DNA of 64,000 nt from an uncultured archaeon (GTDB taxonomy: Archaea > Altiarchaeota > Altiarchaeia > IMC4 > SCGC-AAA252-I15): contig CABMCB010000018.1 in NCBI GenBank assembly GCA_902384455.1, forward strand, positions 19,008-83,007. Reading direction: 5' to 3'. Under the pieces are notes generated by a model. The model was not told the DNA's origin, did not search any database, and saw nothing but the letters and a program-made list of their open reading frames with translations. Below are positions 52,399-62,336 of the stretch, one piece after another (position 1 is the stretch's first letter; the number at the start of each line of letters is the position of its first letter). The position numbers and the translations under genes were made by a program.

Positions 52399-53190
52399 AT
52401 GGTAAACATCGTTGACGTAAGAAAGTATCGGGGCTTCATTTTCGACTTGGACGGAGTGCTGTGGAGAGGCGACGAAACAGTTGCAGGCGCGCCCCAGACA
52501 GTCAACAGGCTTAGGGAATTAGGCGGCAGACTCGCATTCGTCACAAACAACGCAAGCAAACACCGGACAAAATGCCTCGACAAACTCAAGTCGGCGGGCG
52601 TAAAAGCAACGCTCGAAGAAGTCATATCCTCAGGCTCCGCCACCGCACAATACCTAAAGGAAAAACACGGGGAAGGCCGCGTTCACGTGATGGGTACGGA
52701 CGATTTGAAGAGGGAGATGGTTGAGGCGGGCCATGAGGTCGTTGAAACCGAGGCGGATTATGTTGTGGTGGGGTTCGACAAGGGGTTCAACTATGAGAAA
52801 CTTGACAAGGCTTACCGGACTCTTGCCGAGCATAATGGCTTGTTTGTGGCCTGCAACGGGAACAGGCTTTTCGTTGAGGAGGACGGCAGGCACCCGGGAG
52901 TGCTGCCAAGCGTTGAAGCTCTCGCCTGCGCGTCAGGTAGGCGGCCGGATGTGTTTGTGGGCAAACCTAATGCGCCTATAATGGAGATGACGCTTGAGTT
53001 GCTGGGGCTTTCGCCTGGGGAGTGTCTTATTGTTGGCGACACTTTGGACATGGATATTCAGTGGGGTTTGAACTGCGGCGTGGACACTTTGTTTGTTCTT
53101 TCCGGTATGGATTCGCTGAATACTGTTAAGGCGACGGGTATTAAGCCGACTTATGTGCTGAGTTCTGTTTCAGAGATTCCTCTGCCTTAA
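52399..53190 (+). CDS. HAD-superfamily hydrolase, subfamily IIA (NagD-like)
   Basis: FDLDGVLW, VTNNAS, GKP, VGDTLDMDI. Confidence 0.92.
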   Translation: MVNIVDVRKYRGFIFDLDGVLWRGDETVAGAPQTVNRLRELGGRLAFVTNNASKHRTKCLDKLKSAGVKATLEEVISSGSATAQYLKEKHGEGRVHVMGTDDLKREMVEAGHEVVETEADYVVVGFDKGFNYEKLDKAYRTLAEHNGLFVACNGNRLFVEEDGRHPGVLPSVEALACASGRRPDVFVGKPNAPIMEMTLELLGLSPGECLIVGDTLDMDIQWGLNCGVDTLFVLSGMDSLNTVKATGIKPTYVLSSVSEIPLP

Positions 53191-53203
53191 TTTGGCGGAT
53201 GCT

Positions 53204-53833
53204 TTAGGCGCCTAATTCGCCGGCTAATTCGTCCCTGCTTTGGAATCCTCTTTTTGCTGCGTCGTCTATTACGAGGGAGGGCGCGCCGGTTATTCCGTAT
53301 TCGTCTTTGAGCGTCTGTACTGCTAAGTTGTCGCTTCCAGCGTCAAAAGAGTAGACGAGGACTGGCGTCTTTGAATTTTGTCTGACGTCTTCGAGTATTT
53401 GCCCTTGGGCTTCGCATCTGTCGCAGTCTCCTGCGTTTGAGTAGAAGTACAGGACGAAGTGGGAGGGAATCCCGCATTTTTCCACCATGTTGCGCATGAA
53501 AAGGTAGTCGCGGATTTCAATCAAATAGTATTCTTGCTTTCGCGCAATCACCTGCGGATGGGTTCTCCCAAGTTCATCCTCAAGGCGCTCTATGTCCGCC
53601 CCCATGCTCCACCTTTCCTTGCTTACTTTGCTGTAGTTGAGGTCGCAGCGGCTTTGCTCGCTCGACAGCAATTGCGTGCTTAGGTCGAGCGCCTCCATGT
53701 CCACCTTCGCCTGCTGGACCTTGGAGTCGACTCCGCTCATGTACTGCTCGCTTATAGCCGAACCCAAAAGGAAGCCGAACAAAAAGACAATCAATGTAAG
53801 AGAAAACGCAGCGATATAGATGGAGTACCTCAT
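53204..53833 (-). CDS. Membrane-anchored thioredoxin-fold protein
   Basis: N-terminal TM helix, coiled coil, YFYS...CDRC (CxxC), YGITGAPSLVID. Confidence 0.7.
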   Translation of the reverse strand: MRYSIYIAAFSLTLIVFLFGFLLGSAISEQYMSGVDSKVQQAKVDMEALDLSTQLLSSEQSRCDLNYSKVSKERWSMGADIERLEDELGRTHPQVIARKQEYYLIEIRDYLFMRNMVEKCGIPSHFVLYFYSNAGDCDRCEAQGQILEDVRQNSKTPVLVYSFDAGSDNLAVQTLKDEYGITGAPSLVIDDAAKRGFQSRDELAGELGA

Positions 53834-55095
53834 TTCCTCACCTTCTTCCAGCCGGGGCTCTTGCCCGTCAGGTACAGTACTAGGGCCTTGACGCTAAAGA
53901 AAGAGAAGATGAACCAGTATCCTAGGAGGTAGGCGAAGAATGCGAAGTTGAGTTTTTTGATTCCCAAGTAGCGTTTGCTGAGTGCGAAAGTAAGCAGGCT
54001 TGCTATGAAGCAGAACGCGAGCAGATACGGCATAGGGTTTAATCCCGGATGGAAGTCGACTGACAGGCTAATGCCCCTTAATATGACGCCTATTCCAGCG
54101 TAATGAACAAGGAGGATGTTGTTGTATAGGATTAGGCCGATTGTGTATAGTGTGTAGAGGAATAGGAGTATTGTGAGGAATATTGATATGATTGTGGCGG
54201 GAAAATTGAATAGGCCGAAGTCTTCGTATTTTTTGTTTAGGAGGAATTTTCGGTAGGTTATTATGTTGTCGTATCCGCCGTAGTACCATCTGAGTCGTTG
54301 TCGGCTTAGTCCTTTTAGTGTGTCTGGTACGCGGGTGTGGGCTGATACGTCGTGGGCTTGGGCTATTTTGTATCCGTGGGATCTTATTCTGAGTCCCATT
54401 TCGTAGTCTTCTGTTAGTACTGTTTCGTCGAATCCTCCGTGGGTTGTGAGGAATTGGCGTTTCATGAGTACGCATGCGGGTACGAGTGAGAGGCTGTTTA
54501 TGAATGTGAGTATTTTGCGCAGGAAGTTTCCGACTGCGTATTCAACCATCTGGATGCTCTCAAGGAGAGTCGCCGGCTTGTAGACTTTGATTGTAGTGAT
54601 GACTGCCATGACTTTGGGGTCTTCGAAGTAGGGTAGCATTGAGAGTAGCGCCCCCTTGTCTAGGTAGCTGTCTGCGTCTATTATCAGGAGGTAGTCGGAG
54701 GTTGCGTGTTTGATGCCGTAGTTTGTGGAGGCGGCTTTTCCGCTGTTTTTCTTTGTGAGCGCTTTCACGTGGGGTCCTTCGTATGTTTTGGCTTTTGCTA
54801 GGGTGTCGTCTGTGGAGCCGTCGTCCACCACGAGAACGTTGAGTTTGTTTTTGGGGTAGTCTAGGTCGAGTATTGATTCTATTGTGCTTCCTATGCAGTC
54901 GCTTTCGTTGTATGCGGGGATGATTGCTGTGACTTCTGGGAGGGTGGCGTCAGTTACGGCGTATCTTCTTATTCGCCTCATCTCCTCGATGTTTTCGAGC
55001 AGTATAATGAAGAAGACGAATGTTGTGAATGTCCCGAAGAATATTGCGGCGTATCTTGCGGCAGCAAGCGCGTTGATTGAGGGGATGATCAGCAT
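53830..55095 (-). CDS. Processive-type GT2 glycosyltransferase (PgaC/IcaA/cellulose synthase-like)
   Basis: PAYNE, DDGSTD, DAD, TED and QRLRW motifs plus TM helices. Confidence 0.88.
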   Translation of the reverse strand: MLIIPSINALAAARYAAIFFGTFTTFVFFIILLENIEEMRRIRRYAVTDATLPEVTAIIPAYNESDCIGSTIESILDLDYPKNKLNVLVVDDGSTDDTLAKAKTYEGPHVKALTKKNSGKAASTNYGIKHATSDYLLIIDADSYLDKGALLSMLPYFEDPKVMAVITTIKVYKPATLLESIQMVEYAVGNFLRKILTFINSLSLVPACVLMKRQFLTTHGGFDETVLTEDYEMGLRIRSHGYKIAQAHDVSAHTRVPDTLKGLSRQRLRWYYGGYDNIITYRKFLLNKKYEDFGLFNFPATIISIFLTILLFLYTLYTIGLILYNNILLVHYAGIGVILRGISLSVDFHPGLNPMPYLLAFCFIASLLTFALSKRYLGIKKLNFAFFAYLLGYWFIFSFFSVKALVLYLTGKSPGWKKVRK

Positions 55096-55158
55096 ACCAT
55101 ATTATTCCGTTTTGATTGCGGAAAAACCCTTTTTTATTGGACGCCCATACATTACGGA

Positions 55159-57531
55159 ATGACTAAGACTCTTCTTGACGCCGAATACGTCGTGCGCGGT
55201 AACGGCGCCGTAGTCCGCCTGTTCTATAGGACGAAGGACGGGCGCACGGTGGAGGAGGTCACGGACTTTAAGCCTTATTTTTACGTTGTGCCGCACGGCG
55301 ACGCCAAGAAAGCCGCCGACGCAATCAAGGGGTTGGCTAATGTCATGGAAGTTGACGTTAGGAATATGAAGTATGGGGGTGAGGAGGTTTCTGTGCTTCA
55401 TGTTGTGACTAGGTTGCCTTCTGATGTGCCGCAAGTTAGGGATGCTGCGCAGAAGCTTCCTGAGGTCAAAAGCATCCATGAGGCGCATGTTCCTTTCGTC
55501 AGGCGCTTCCTTACGGACAGCAAGCTTATCCCCATGGAGCACGCCGACGAGATGAACTTGACGGTCGCTGCCGTAGACATCGAAGTCTACAACCCGCAGG
55601 GTGAGCCGCACGCTGAACGCGACCCCATACTCATGATAAGCTACGCCGACAGCAAGGGGTATCAGAAAGTCTGGTCGCTTAAAAACAAGACGAACACCAA
55701 ACTCAACATTCCTTACGTCGAGATTGTGGACGACGAAAAAACGCTTCTATCCCGCCTTGTTTCAGCAGTGAAGGAACACGAAGTCGACGTCATAGTAGGA
55801 TACAACAGCGACAACTTCGACTTCCCTTACCTTAAGGAACGCTCAGAACGGCTTAAGGTGCCACTCACATTAGGCGTGGAAGACAACGTAGTGAAAACTG
55901 AGAGGCGCGGAATGAACATGGGAGCGCGCATCTTGGGTCGGCCTCACGTTGATTTGTATCCTGTTTGCAGGCAGACTTTCAATTTGCCGAGGTACCGTCT
56001 TGAAGACGTTTTTGAAGCGCTTTTTGATGAGGAGAAGTTGGAGGTGGATTCCGTCCACATGGCAGCGATTTGGGATTCCCCTAATCCTGCGGATTATGAG
56101 GCGCTTGCGGCGTACAGTTTAAGCGACGTAGTCAGCACCTTGAGGATTGCTCAGCATGTTTTGCCTTTGCAGTATGAGCTTGCCCGAGTCATCCGCGAGC
56201 CGCTTTATGAGAGCAGCAGGATGGCGAGCGGGCAGAGAGTCGAGCAGCTTCTGATAAACGAGGCGCACGAGAGGAGCATACTTGTTCCAAGCAGGCCGGG
56301 AGGCGACGAGTACGCCGAGCGACAGGACCAGCAGATTACGGGGGGATTCGTTTTGGAGCCGGAGAAGGGGTTGCATGACACCCTCTTGATATTCGACTTC
56401 CGTTCGCTGTATCCGTCAATCATAATAAGCCACAACGTAGACCCGGATACTCTCGTGAAGAAGCCGCCTGAGGATGACGACAGCCTGCATTATGCGCCAA
56501 ACGGCGTCGCATTCAGGAAGACTCCGCGCGGGTTCATTCCTCAGGTGATTGAGACTTTGCTTGTCCGAAGGCAGGAGACTAAGGCGGCGATGAAGAAGGA
56601 GACAGACCCGCAGAAAAAAGCGATTTTTGACGTAAAACAAACTGCGCTCAAGCTCCTCGCAAACAGCATGTACGGCTACTACGGGTACGCCCGAGCCCGC
56701 TGGTACAACCGCGACTGCGCAGACGCAATAACACACTACGGCCGCGACTACATCCACAAGACTATGCGGGGAGCGCAGGAGCACGGCTTCAAAGTGATTT
56801 ACGGGGATACGGACAGCATTTTCATAACCAAAGAGAAGGTTGAGGACAGGGAGACTGTAGTGAAGGAAGCGAAGGCGTTCGCCAAAGACATAAACAGCAA
56901 ACTGCCTTCGACGATGGAGTTGGATTACCAGGGGTTTTATCCCAGAGGCGTTTTCGTAAGCAAAAAAAGGTACGCACTAATCACCGAAGAAGGTAAGCTC
57001 GTAATAAAGGGCCTTGAGACTAAGCGCCGAGACTGGGCGGACGTCGCCAAGAAGACGCAGGAGAAGGTGTTGGACGCTTTGCTTCGCGACCGCGACCCTG
57101 AGAAAGCCGCCAGGATAGTGCGCGAAGTGGTCGAAGACATCAAGGCAGGCAAAATGAAGCTTTCGGACCTCGCAATCCACAGCCAAATAACCCGCAACTT
57201 CGGCGAATACGTAAGCCCAGGCCCCCACATCGCCGCCGCCAAAAAAGCGATGAAGCAGGGCTACGACTTCAAGCAGGGCGCGATAATAAGCTACATCGTC
57301 TGCAAGAGGGCTGAGCACCTGGCCGGAGATACTTATGCGGCAGGCGACGACAAGATTTCCGCTAAAGCAAAAATCATAGAGCTCGCCAAGGAAGGCGAAT
57401 ACGACCCAGACTACTACATAAACAACCAAGTATTGCCTGCAGTCCACCGCATACTAGAAGCCTTCGGATACAGCGAAGACGAACTAAAGGGCCTCGGCAA
57501 ACAAAAAACCCTCGGCGACTACTGGGGGTAG
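55159..57531 (+). CDS. polB: Family B DNA polymerase
   Basis: Exonuclease DIE and YNSDNFD; DFRSLYPS, KLLANSMYGY, YGDTDS, KKRY; C-terminal PIP-like QKTLGDYW; no intein. Confidence 0.97.
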   Translation: MTKTLLDAEYVVRGNGAVVRLFYRTKDGRTVEEVTDFKPYFYVVPHGDAKKAADAIKGLANVMEVDVRNMKYGGEEVSVLHVVTRLPSDVPQVRDAAQKLPEVKSIHEAHVPFVRRFLTDSKLIPMEHADEMNLTVAAVDIEVYNPQGEPHAERDPILMISYADSKGYQKVWSLKNKTNTKLNIPYVEIVDDEKTLLSRLVSAVKEHEVDVIVGYNSDNFDFPYLKERSERLKVPLTLGVEDNVVKTERRGMNMGARILGRPHVDLYPVCRQTFNLPRYRLEDVFEALFDEEKLEVDSVHMAAIWDSPNPADYEALAAYSLSDVVSTLRIAQHVLPLQYELARVIREPLYESSRMASGQRVEQLLINEAHERSILVPSRPGGDEYAERQDQQITGGFVLEPEKGLHDTLLIFDFRSLYPSIIISHNVDPDTLVKKPPEDDDSLHYAPNGVAFRKTPRGFIPQVIETLLVRRQETKAAMKKETDPQKKAIFDVKQTALKLLANSMYGYYGYARARWYNRDCADAITHYGRDYIHKTMRGAQEHGFKVIYGDTDSIFITKEKVEDRETVVKEAKAFAKDINSKLPSTMELDYQGFYPRGVFVSKKRYALITEEGKLVIKGLETKRRDWADVAKKTQEKVLDALLRDRDPEKAARIVREVVEDIKAGKMKLSDLAIHSQITRNFGEYVSPGPHIAAAKKAMKQGYDFKQGAIISYIVCKRAEHLAGDTYAAGDDKISAKAKIIELAKEGEYDPDYYINNQVLPAVHRILEAFGYSEDELKGLGKQKTLGDYWG

Positions 57532-57570
57532 AAGCCGCTTATATTTTCTCGCGCCCGATACCTTACTGTC

Positions 57571-58836
57571 ATGTCTGTTGTTGAGCGTCCGAGGGGCACG
57601 AGGGATTTCGACCCAAGAAGGCAGGCCGTCTACGACGGCGTCTTGAGTGTCGTAAGGCGGGTTTTTGAGTCTTATGGTTACGGGCGGGTTACTACTCCGA
57701 CGTTTGAGCACGTTGAGTTGTTCACCAAGAAAAGCGGGGAAGATATTAGCGAGCACCTTTACGTTTTCACGGACAAGAGCGAGAGAAAATTGTGTTTGAG
57801 GCCTGAGGCGACTGCGTCGGTTGCCAGGTTTTTCGCTCAGGATTTGAGGAATAGTCCTTTGCCGTTGAGGCTGTGGTATTTTGCGCCCATGTTCAGGTAT
57901 GAGCGCCCGCAGAAGGGGCGGTATAGGGAGTTTTGGCAGATGGGACTGGAGTTGTTGGGCGCCAAAGGAGTCGAGTCAGACGCCGAAGCCGTGCTTGTAG
58001 CCTCCGACGCCATGAAAGAGTTGGGGCTTGCGTATCGGCTTGAGTTGAATCACGTCGGAATCTTAAGGGGGCTTCTTACTGACCTTAGTATTCCCGTTGA
58101 AAAGCACGAGCACATCCTCCATTTGATAGACACGGGAGAAGAGAAGGCTTTGCTTGACGAAACAGGCTCAGAAGCCCTCGCATCAATACTCTCACTTAAA
58201 GGCGGCCCGGACATAGCTGAGAAAGCAAGGAAAACACTTGCAATATACCCCACCGCGCTTGCCGGACTTGAGGAGCTTATCGCAGTCGCAAACAAGCTCG
58301 CCAAAGCAGGCGCACCCTACACGCTAAACCTCGGCATAGCCCGCGGACTTGCCTACTACACCGGCCTCGTCTTTGAGGTCCGCGTTGAGGGGTTGGGCGC
58401 TCAAAACCAAGTCTGCGGAGGAGGCAGATACGACAACCTAATAGAATTGTTCGGCGGACCTCAGACTCCTGCGGTAGGTTTCGCTTTCGGCTTCGACCGC
58501 ATAGTCGAGGCGCTTGAGATGCAAAATAAACTGCCGACAACTCCCACCCCAGACGTACTGGTGATGGCGGCGACAGAAGAATTAAGGCCTATTGCCTCTG
58601 AAGTCGCTTTTACGCTTAGGAGAGAAAGCGAGCATGCTCTTTCTGTCGTCTACGACGTGGCCGGGAAGAAGCTGGGGAAGAATCTGGAGTATGCAGCTTC
58701 GGCTGGATTCAAGTACGCTGTTATAGTAGGGCCTCGCGAGTGGGCTGAAGGAAATGTAGTAGTCAGAGACCTAACCTCAGGCACGGAAGAACGCCTGACC
58801 CCTAAAAAAGCCGCCGAAAAAATACTGCGCCGCTAA
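57571..58836 (+). CDS. hisS: Histidine--tRNA ligase
   Basis: RPRGTRDF, LRPEATAS, RYERPQKGRYREF, RGLAYYTG, GGGRYD. Confidence 0.97.
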   Translation: MSVVERPRGTRDFDPRRQAVYDGVLSVVRRVFESYGYGRVTTPTFEHVELFTKKSGEDISEHLYVFTDKSERKLCLRPEATASVARFFAQDLRNSPLPLRLWYFAPMFRYERPQKGRYREFWQMGLELLGAKGVESDAEAVLVASDAMKELGLAYRLELNHVGILRGLLTDLSIPVEKHEHILHLIDTGEEKALLDETGSEALASILSLKGGPDIAEKARKTLAIYPTALAGLEELIAVANKLAKAGAPYTLNLGIARGLAYYTGLVFEVRVEGLGAQNQVCGGGRYDNLIELFGGPQTPAVGFAFGFDRIVEALEMQNKLPTTPTPDVLVMAATEELRPIASEVAFTLRRESEHALSVVYDVAGKKLGKNLEYAASAGFKYAVIVGPREWAEGNVVVRDLTSGTEERLTPKKAAEKILRR

Positions 58837-59579
58837 CAGCAGGCCGCCAGAATCCTGCCTATCTTATCCACTTCTTCTGCGGAAAACAGCGGCCGTCCTT
58901 CCGACTCTATGAACGATGGAAGCTCCGTCGGATGCAGTATGTTCACCGTCGGACTGTCAAGCCTCAGGACGACTTTAGGGTGCGTGAAAACTACTATTGC
59001 GTTCACCCAAATATGCGGAGAACGCCCCCCCACAAAAACATCCTTCTTCTTGGAAAGCAGATAGTCCTTCAACACCTTAGCATTCCTCTTAACCTGATTG
59101 CTGGGGCTGCCCATCTCAAGAGGATAAGGCGTACCCCGGCGGCCTATTTTCTGGCGGCTCCACTCATCCCCTTTGCATGACACGACGCCGGATATGTTTT
59201 TGACTTCAATGACGAAGAGGCCGTTTGGCCCCACCACGATGTGGTCTACGTCGCCTCTGTTTGGGGGTATTGTTATGTTGCTTATGAGCACGAAGCGGTC
59301 GGATAGGTTGAGTAGCTGCGCGACAACCTGCGCTTCGCCCACTCCCCCGCTTTCCCACGCCAGAATCTTCCCGTAAGAGTATATGCCAAGAAGGTAAGAC
59401 ATGGGGATGAGTATTATCCCAAGCAGCGTGTAGGGAATTGTGAAAAGAAGCAGAAGCATAACCGCAAGCACGAAAAGAGCCGAAAACAGCATGACCCGGC
59501 TCCGGTAAAGCTGGATGTTCCTCCAGACGTACATCGTCTCCCGCCCTTTCCTCAAAATCCGCATAATCGGCCCACCCAC
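58833..59579 (-). CDS. NERD (nuclease-related domain) protein with N-terminal TM helices
   Basis: GGVGE, DVDHIVVGPNGLFVIEVKN, SPSNQ. Confidence 0.85.
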   Translation of the reverse strand: MGGPIMRILRKGRETMYVWRNIQLYRSRVMLFSALFVLAVMLLLLFTIPYTLLGIILIPMSYLLGIYSYGKILAWESGGVGEAQVVAQLLNLSDRFVLISNITIPPNRGDVDHIVVGPNGLFVIEVKNISGVVSCKGDEWSRQKIGRRGTPYPLEMGSPSNQVKRNAKVLKDYLLSKKKDVFVGGRSPHIWVNAIVVFTHPKVVLRLDSPTVNILHPTELPSFIESEGRPLFSAEEVDKIGRILAACC

Positions 59580-59660
59580 CCTCTTTTATATATGATAGCG
59601 GCTGAATAGATAACTTGAATGTCGGCCCACCAAGGGACGGCAACTTAGGTGAATAAAAAA

Positions 59661-60146
59661 ATGAAGAATTTCGGACGAAAAGGTCAAGGTGCCATGGAGT
59701 ACCTGATGACATACGGATGGGCGATCTTAGTTGTTATGATCGTCGGAATAGTGATGTGGCAGCTGGGAATATTCAGCATGGGAACTACCACACTGACAGC
59801 AACCGGGTTCGGCAAAATAAAGCCCCAACTTGCGGCAACAAAGCTGACCGCAGGAGGAACGTTCATAGGGACGTTCACCAACGGAGCAGGAACCACAATC
59901 ACAGTGGATTCCGTAAACGTCACCGACACCCAAAAATCAAGCAACAACAACTGCATAAACAGCACAGACACATCAGTCGGAGCAGGAGACAACTTCCAGT
60001 CCACCTGCGTAATGGGAAGTTACGTAGGTAAGGCAGGAGACGTCTACACCGCCAACGTAGTCATAGGCTACAACGTCACCATCGGCGGCCTCACAAGCGA
60101 GCACAAGGACACAGGAACAATCCGCGGCCCGCTAGAGTCTGCATAG
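59661..60146 (+). CDS. Type IV pilin 1 (class III signal peptide)
   Basis: RKG/QGAMEYLMTYGWAILVV; GGTGA ribosome-binding site before ATG 59661. Confidence 0.88.
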   Translation: MKNFGRKGQGAMEYLMTYGWAILVVMIVGIVMWQLGIFSMGTTTLTATGFGKIKPQLAATKLTAGGTFIGTFTNGAGTTITVDSVNVTDTQKSSNNNCINSTDTSVGAGDNFQSTCVMGSYVGKAGDVYTANVVIGYNVTIGGLTSEHKDTGTIRGPLESA

Positions 60147-60158
60147 ACGTTAAACCAA

Positions 60159-60195
60159 GAAGCGCCGCATTAAACGGCGCTTCAACCCTTTTTTT
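60159..60195 (+). terminator. Hairpin plus T-tract after pilin 1
   Basis: gaagcgccg-cattaaa-cggcgcttc followed by T7. Confidence 0.55.
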
Positions 60196-60210
60196 ATTTT
60201 AAGTTTTTTC

Positions 60211-60708
60211 ATGAAACGCATCCGTCACTCCAAACGCGGCCAAGGTGCCGTAGAGTACATCACATCGTACGGTTGGGCTCTTTTAGTCGTCATAGTCATC
60301 GGAGTCATCTTTTACGGCTTGGGCATATTCGATTCTAGGACGCCGTCAATCACCACAAGCGGATTCCCCAAGATAAGGCCTGTCGTTACGGCGACCAAAC
60401 TGGATAGGGCGGGAAATTTTGCGGGCACTTTCGTCAACGGCGCCGGAGTAGTTATTACTTTGGTGTCGGTGAATCTTACTGATTCGCTTCTTTCGGACAA
60501 CAACAACTGCGTTTATACTCCTCCAACGCCGATTCAGATTAGCGGCGGCGACGGTTTCATAGCAAACTGCACCATCCCAGGGTATTCGTCGACGCAGAAA
60601 CAGACTTATTCTCTCCAGACCATCATCACCTACACGGTGACCATGAGCGGCTCAACCACCATGTTCAACGATGTGGGAATAATAAGCGGGCCGCTTGAGG
60701 CGGCGTAA
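60211..60708 (+). CDS. Type IV pilin 2
   Basis: KRG/QGAVEYITSYGWALLVV; ends GIISGPLE. Confidence 0.87.
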   Translation: MKRIRHSKRGQGAVEYITSYGWALLVVIVIGVIFYGLGIFDSRTPSITTSGFPKIRPVVTATKLDRAGNFAGTFVNGAGVVITLVSVNLTDSLLSDNNNCVYTPPTPIQISGGDGFIANCTIPGYSSTQKQTYSLQTIITYTVTMSGSTTMFNDVGIISGPLEAA

Positions 60709-60730
60709 CAGTAGGTAAGGAGGTATGACA

Positions 60731-61216
60731 ATGGCTCGTTTTGGACGGAAAGGTCAGGGTGCTATGGAGTACCTGATGACCTACAGCTGGGCGATACTCG
60801 TCGTAATGCTTGTTGGAATAGTGATGTGGCAGATGGGCCTTTTCAGCATGGGGTCTGGCACTTTGACTTCGACTGGGTTCGGCAAAATCAAGCCTCAGCT
60901 CGCTGCGACGAAGTTGTCTACAGACGGCTTTTTCCTTGCGACTTTCTCCAACGGCGCGGGAACAACCGCAATAGTGGACTTGATAAACGTCACCGACACG
61001 CAGAAGTCAAACAACAACAACTGCGTAAACAAAAGCGTGCAGACGATACTGCCCGGAGAAAACTTCCAGGCGACATGCAAGTTAGACGGATACCCCGGAA
61101 AACAAGGAGACGTCTACATAGCCCAAGTAACCATCGGCTACAACATAACAATCGGCGGCCAAGTGTCCACCCACAAGGACACAGGAACAATCCGCGGACA
61201 ACTCGAAGCGGTGTAA
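60731..61216 (+). CDS. Type IV pilin 3
   Basis: RKG/QGAMEYLMTYSWAILVV; GGAGGT ribosome-binding site; close paralog of pilin 1. Confidence 0.87.
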   Translation: MARFGRKGQGAMEYLMTYSWAILVVMLVGIVMWQMGLFSMGSGTLTSTGFGKIKPQLAATKLSTDGFFLATFSNGAGTTAIVDLINVTDTQKSNNNNCVNKSVQTILPGENFQATCKLDGYPGKQGDVYIAQVTIGYNITIGGQVSTHKDTGTIRGQLEAV

Positions 61217-61302
61217 CAAGGTTTTGCGTCAGCCAACAAAGCCGTTTAGAAACAGAAAACCCGGGAGGCCGCCTTTTTTATCCCGCCAACCAATAACTCA
61301 AC

Positions 61303-61800
61303 GTGACCTCAAAGCAAGCCAGCATCGGCAAAAAAGGTCAAGCTACGGCCGAGTATCTTATGACTTACGGCTGGGCTATTTTGGTTCTTTTGATTGTTGG
61401 GGTTATTCTTTGGAAGCTTGGTTTGTTCAGCAGCGGGGAAAACACGACGGTTGTTTCGACCGGGTTCGCCAGGGTAAAGCCGCAGTCGTCTACGTTGCGC
61501 CTTTCTTCGGCCGGAGACTTCAATTGCGCTTTCATCAACGGGGCGGGCGGCACAATCACCGTTTATGACGTAATAGTGAACAACACAGACAGGAAGGTGA
61601 CGTGCCAGCCGGTAACCTCCGCAAGCCCCGTAAGCGTTCCGGCAGGCGAGAATTTTCAGGCGCAGGCATCCGGCTGCGGCACAGACAAGGCGGGAGAAGT
61701 TTATCATCTTGACGTTACAATAAACTATTCTATAACAAGAGGCAGCTCCGAGACGTTCCATACGGACTTCGGAGTGATACGCGGACCATATGAAGCATAG
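61303..61800 (+). CDS. Type IV pilin 4
   Basis: KKG/QATAEYLMTYGWAILVL; ends GVIRGPYE. Confidence 0.87.
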   Translation: MTSKQASIGKKGQATAEYLMTYGWAILVLLIVGVILWKLGLFSSGENTTVVSTGFARVKPQSSTLRLSSAGDFNCAFINGAGGTITVYDVIVNNTDRKVTCQPVTSASPVSVPAGENFQAQASGCGTDKAGEVYHLDVTINYSITRGSSETFHTDFGVIRGPYEA

Positions 61801-62323
61801 AACAAGAGAAATACGGAAGAGAAGACTAAGGCGAGGTCAGGGTGCCATGGAGTATCTGATGACCTACAGCTGGGCGATACTCGTCGTAATGCTTGTGGGC
61901 ATAGTAATGTGGCAGCTGGGCATATTCAACATGGGATCCACCACAATGACATTCAAAGGATTCACCAGGATAAAGCCCCAGCTTGCGGGAACCGCCATGA
62001 GAGAAGACGGCACATTCACGGGAGTTTTCTTCAACGGAGCAGGAACAGACATCGCAATAACAGCAGTAGAAATAAACAGCACACTGCCGGCCGGCTCATG
62101 CCAAGGCAGAGTGACACTGCTAGGAAACGTCGTAACGCCTCAAAACGTCGTAAAAGCCGGAAGCGGCGACAACTTCGTAGTGTACGCCTCAGGCTGCGCC
62201 GCAGGCAAACGAGGAGAAGTCTACTCCATCGACATAACCATGGAGTACAACCTCAGCATAGGAAACGTCATGACCGTACACAAGGAATTCGGAACAATCC
62301 GAGGCCCATACGAAACCGCGTAA
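61790..62323 (+). CDS. Type IV pilin 5
   Basis: RRG/QGAMEYLMTYSWAILVV; ends GTIRGPYE. Confidence 0.87.
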   Translation: MKHRTREIRKRRLRRGQGAMEYLMTYSWAILVVMLVGIVMWQLGIFNMGSTTMTFKGFTRIKPQLAGTAMREDGTFTGVFFNGAGTDIAITAVEINSTLPAGSCQGRVTLLGNVVTPQNVVKAGSGDNFVVYASGCAAGKRGEVYSIDITMEYNLSIGNVMTVHKEFGTIRGPYETA

Positions 62324-62336
62324 GCCAAACAAAAAA

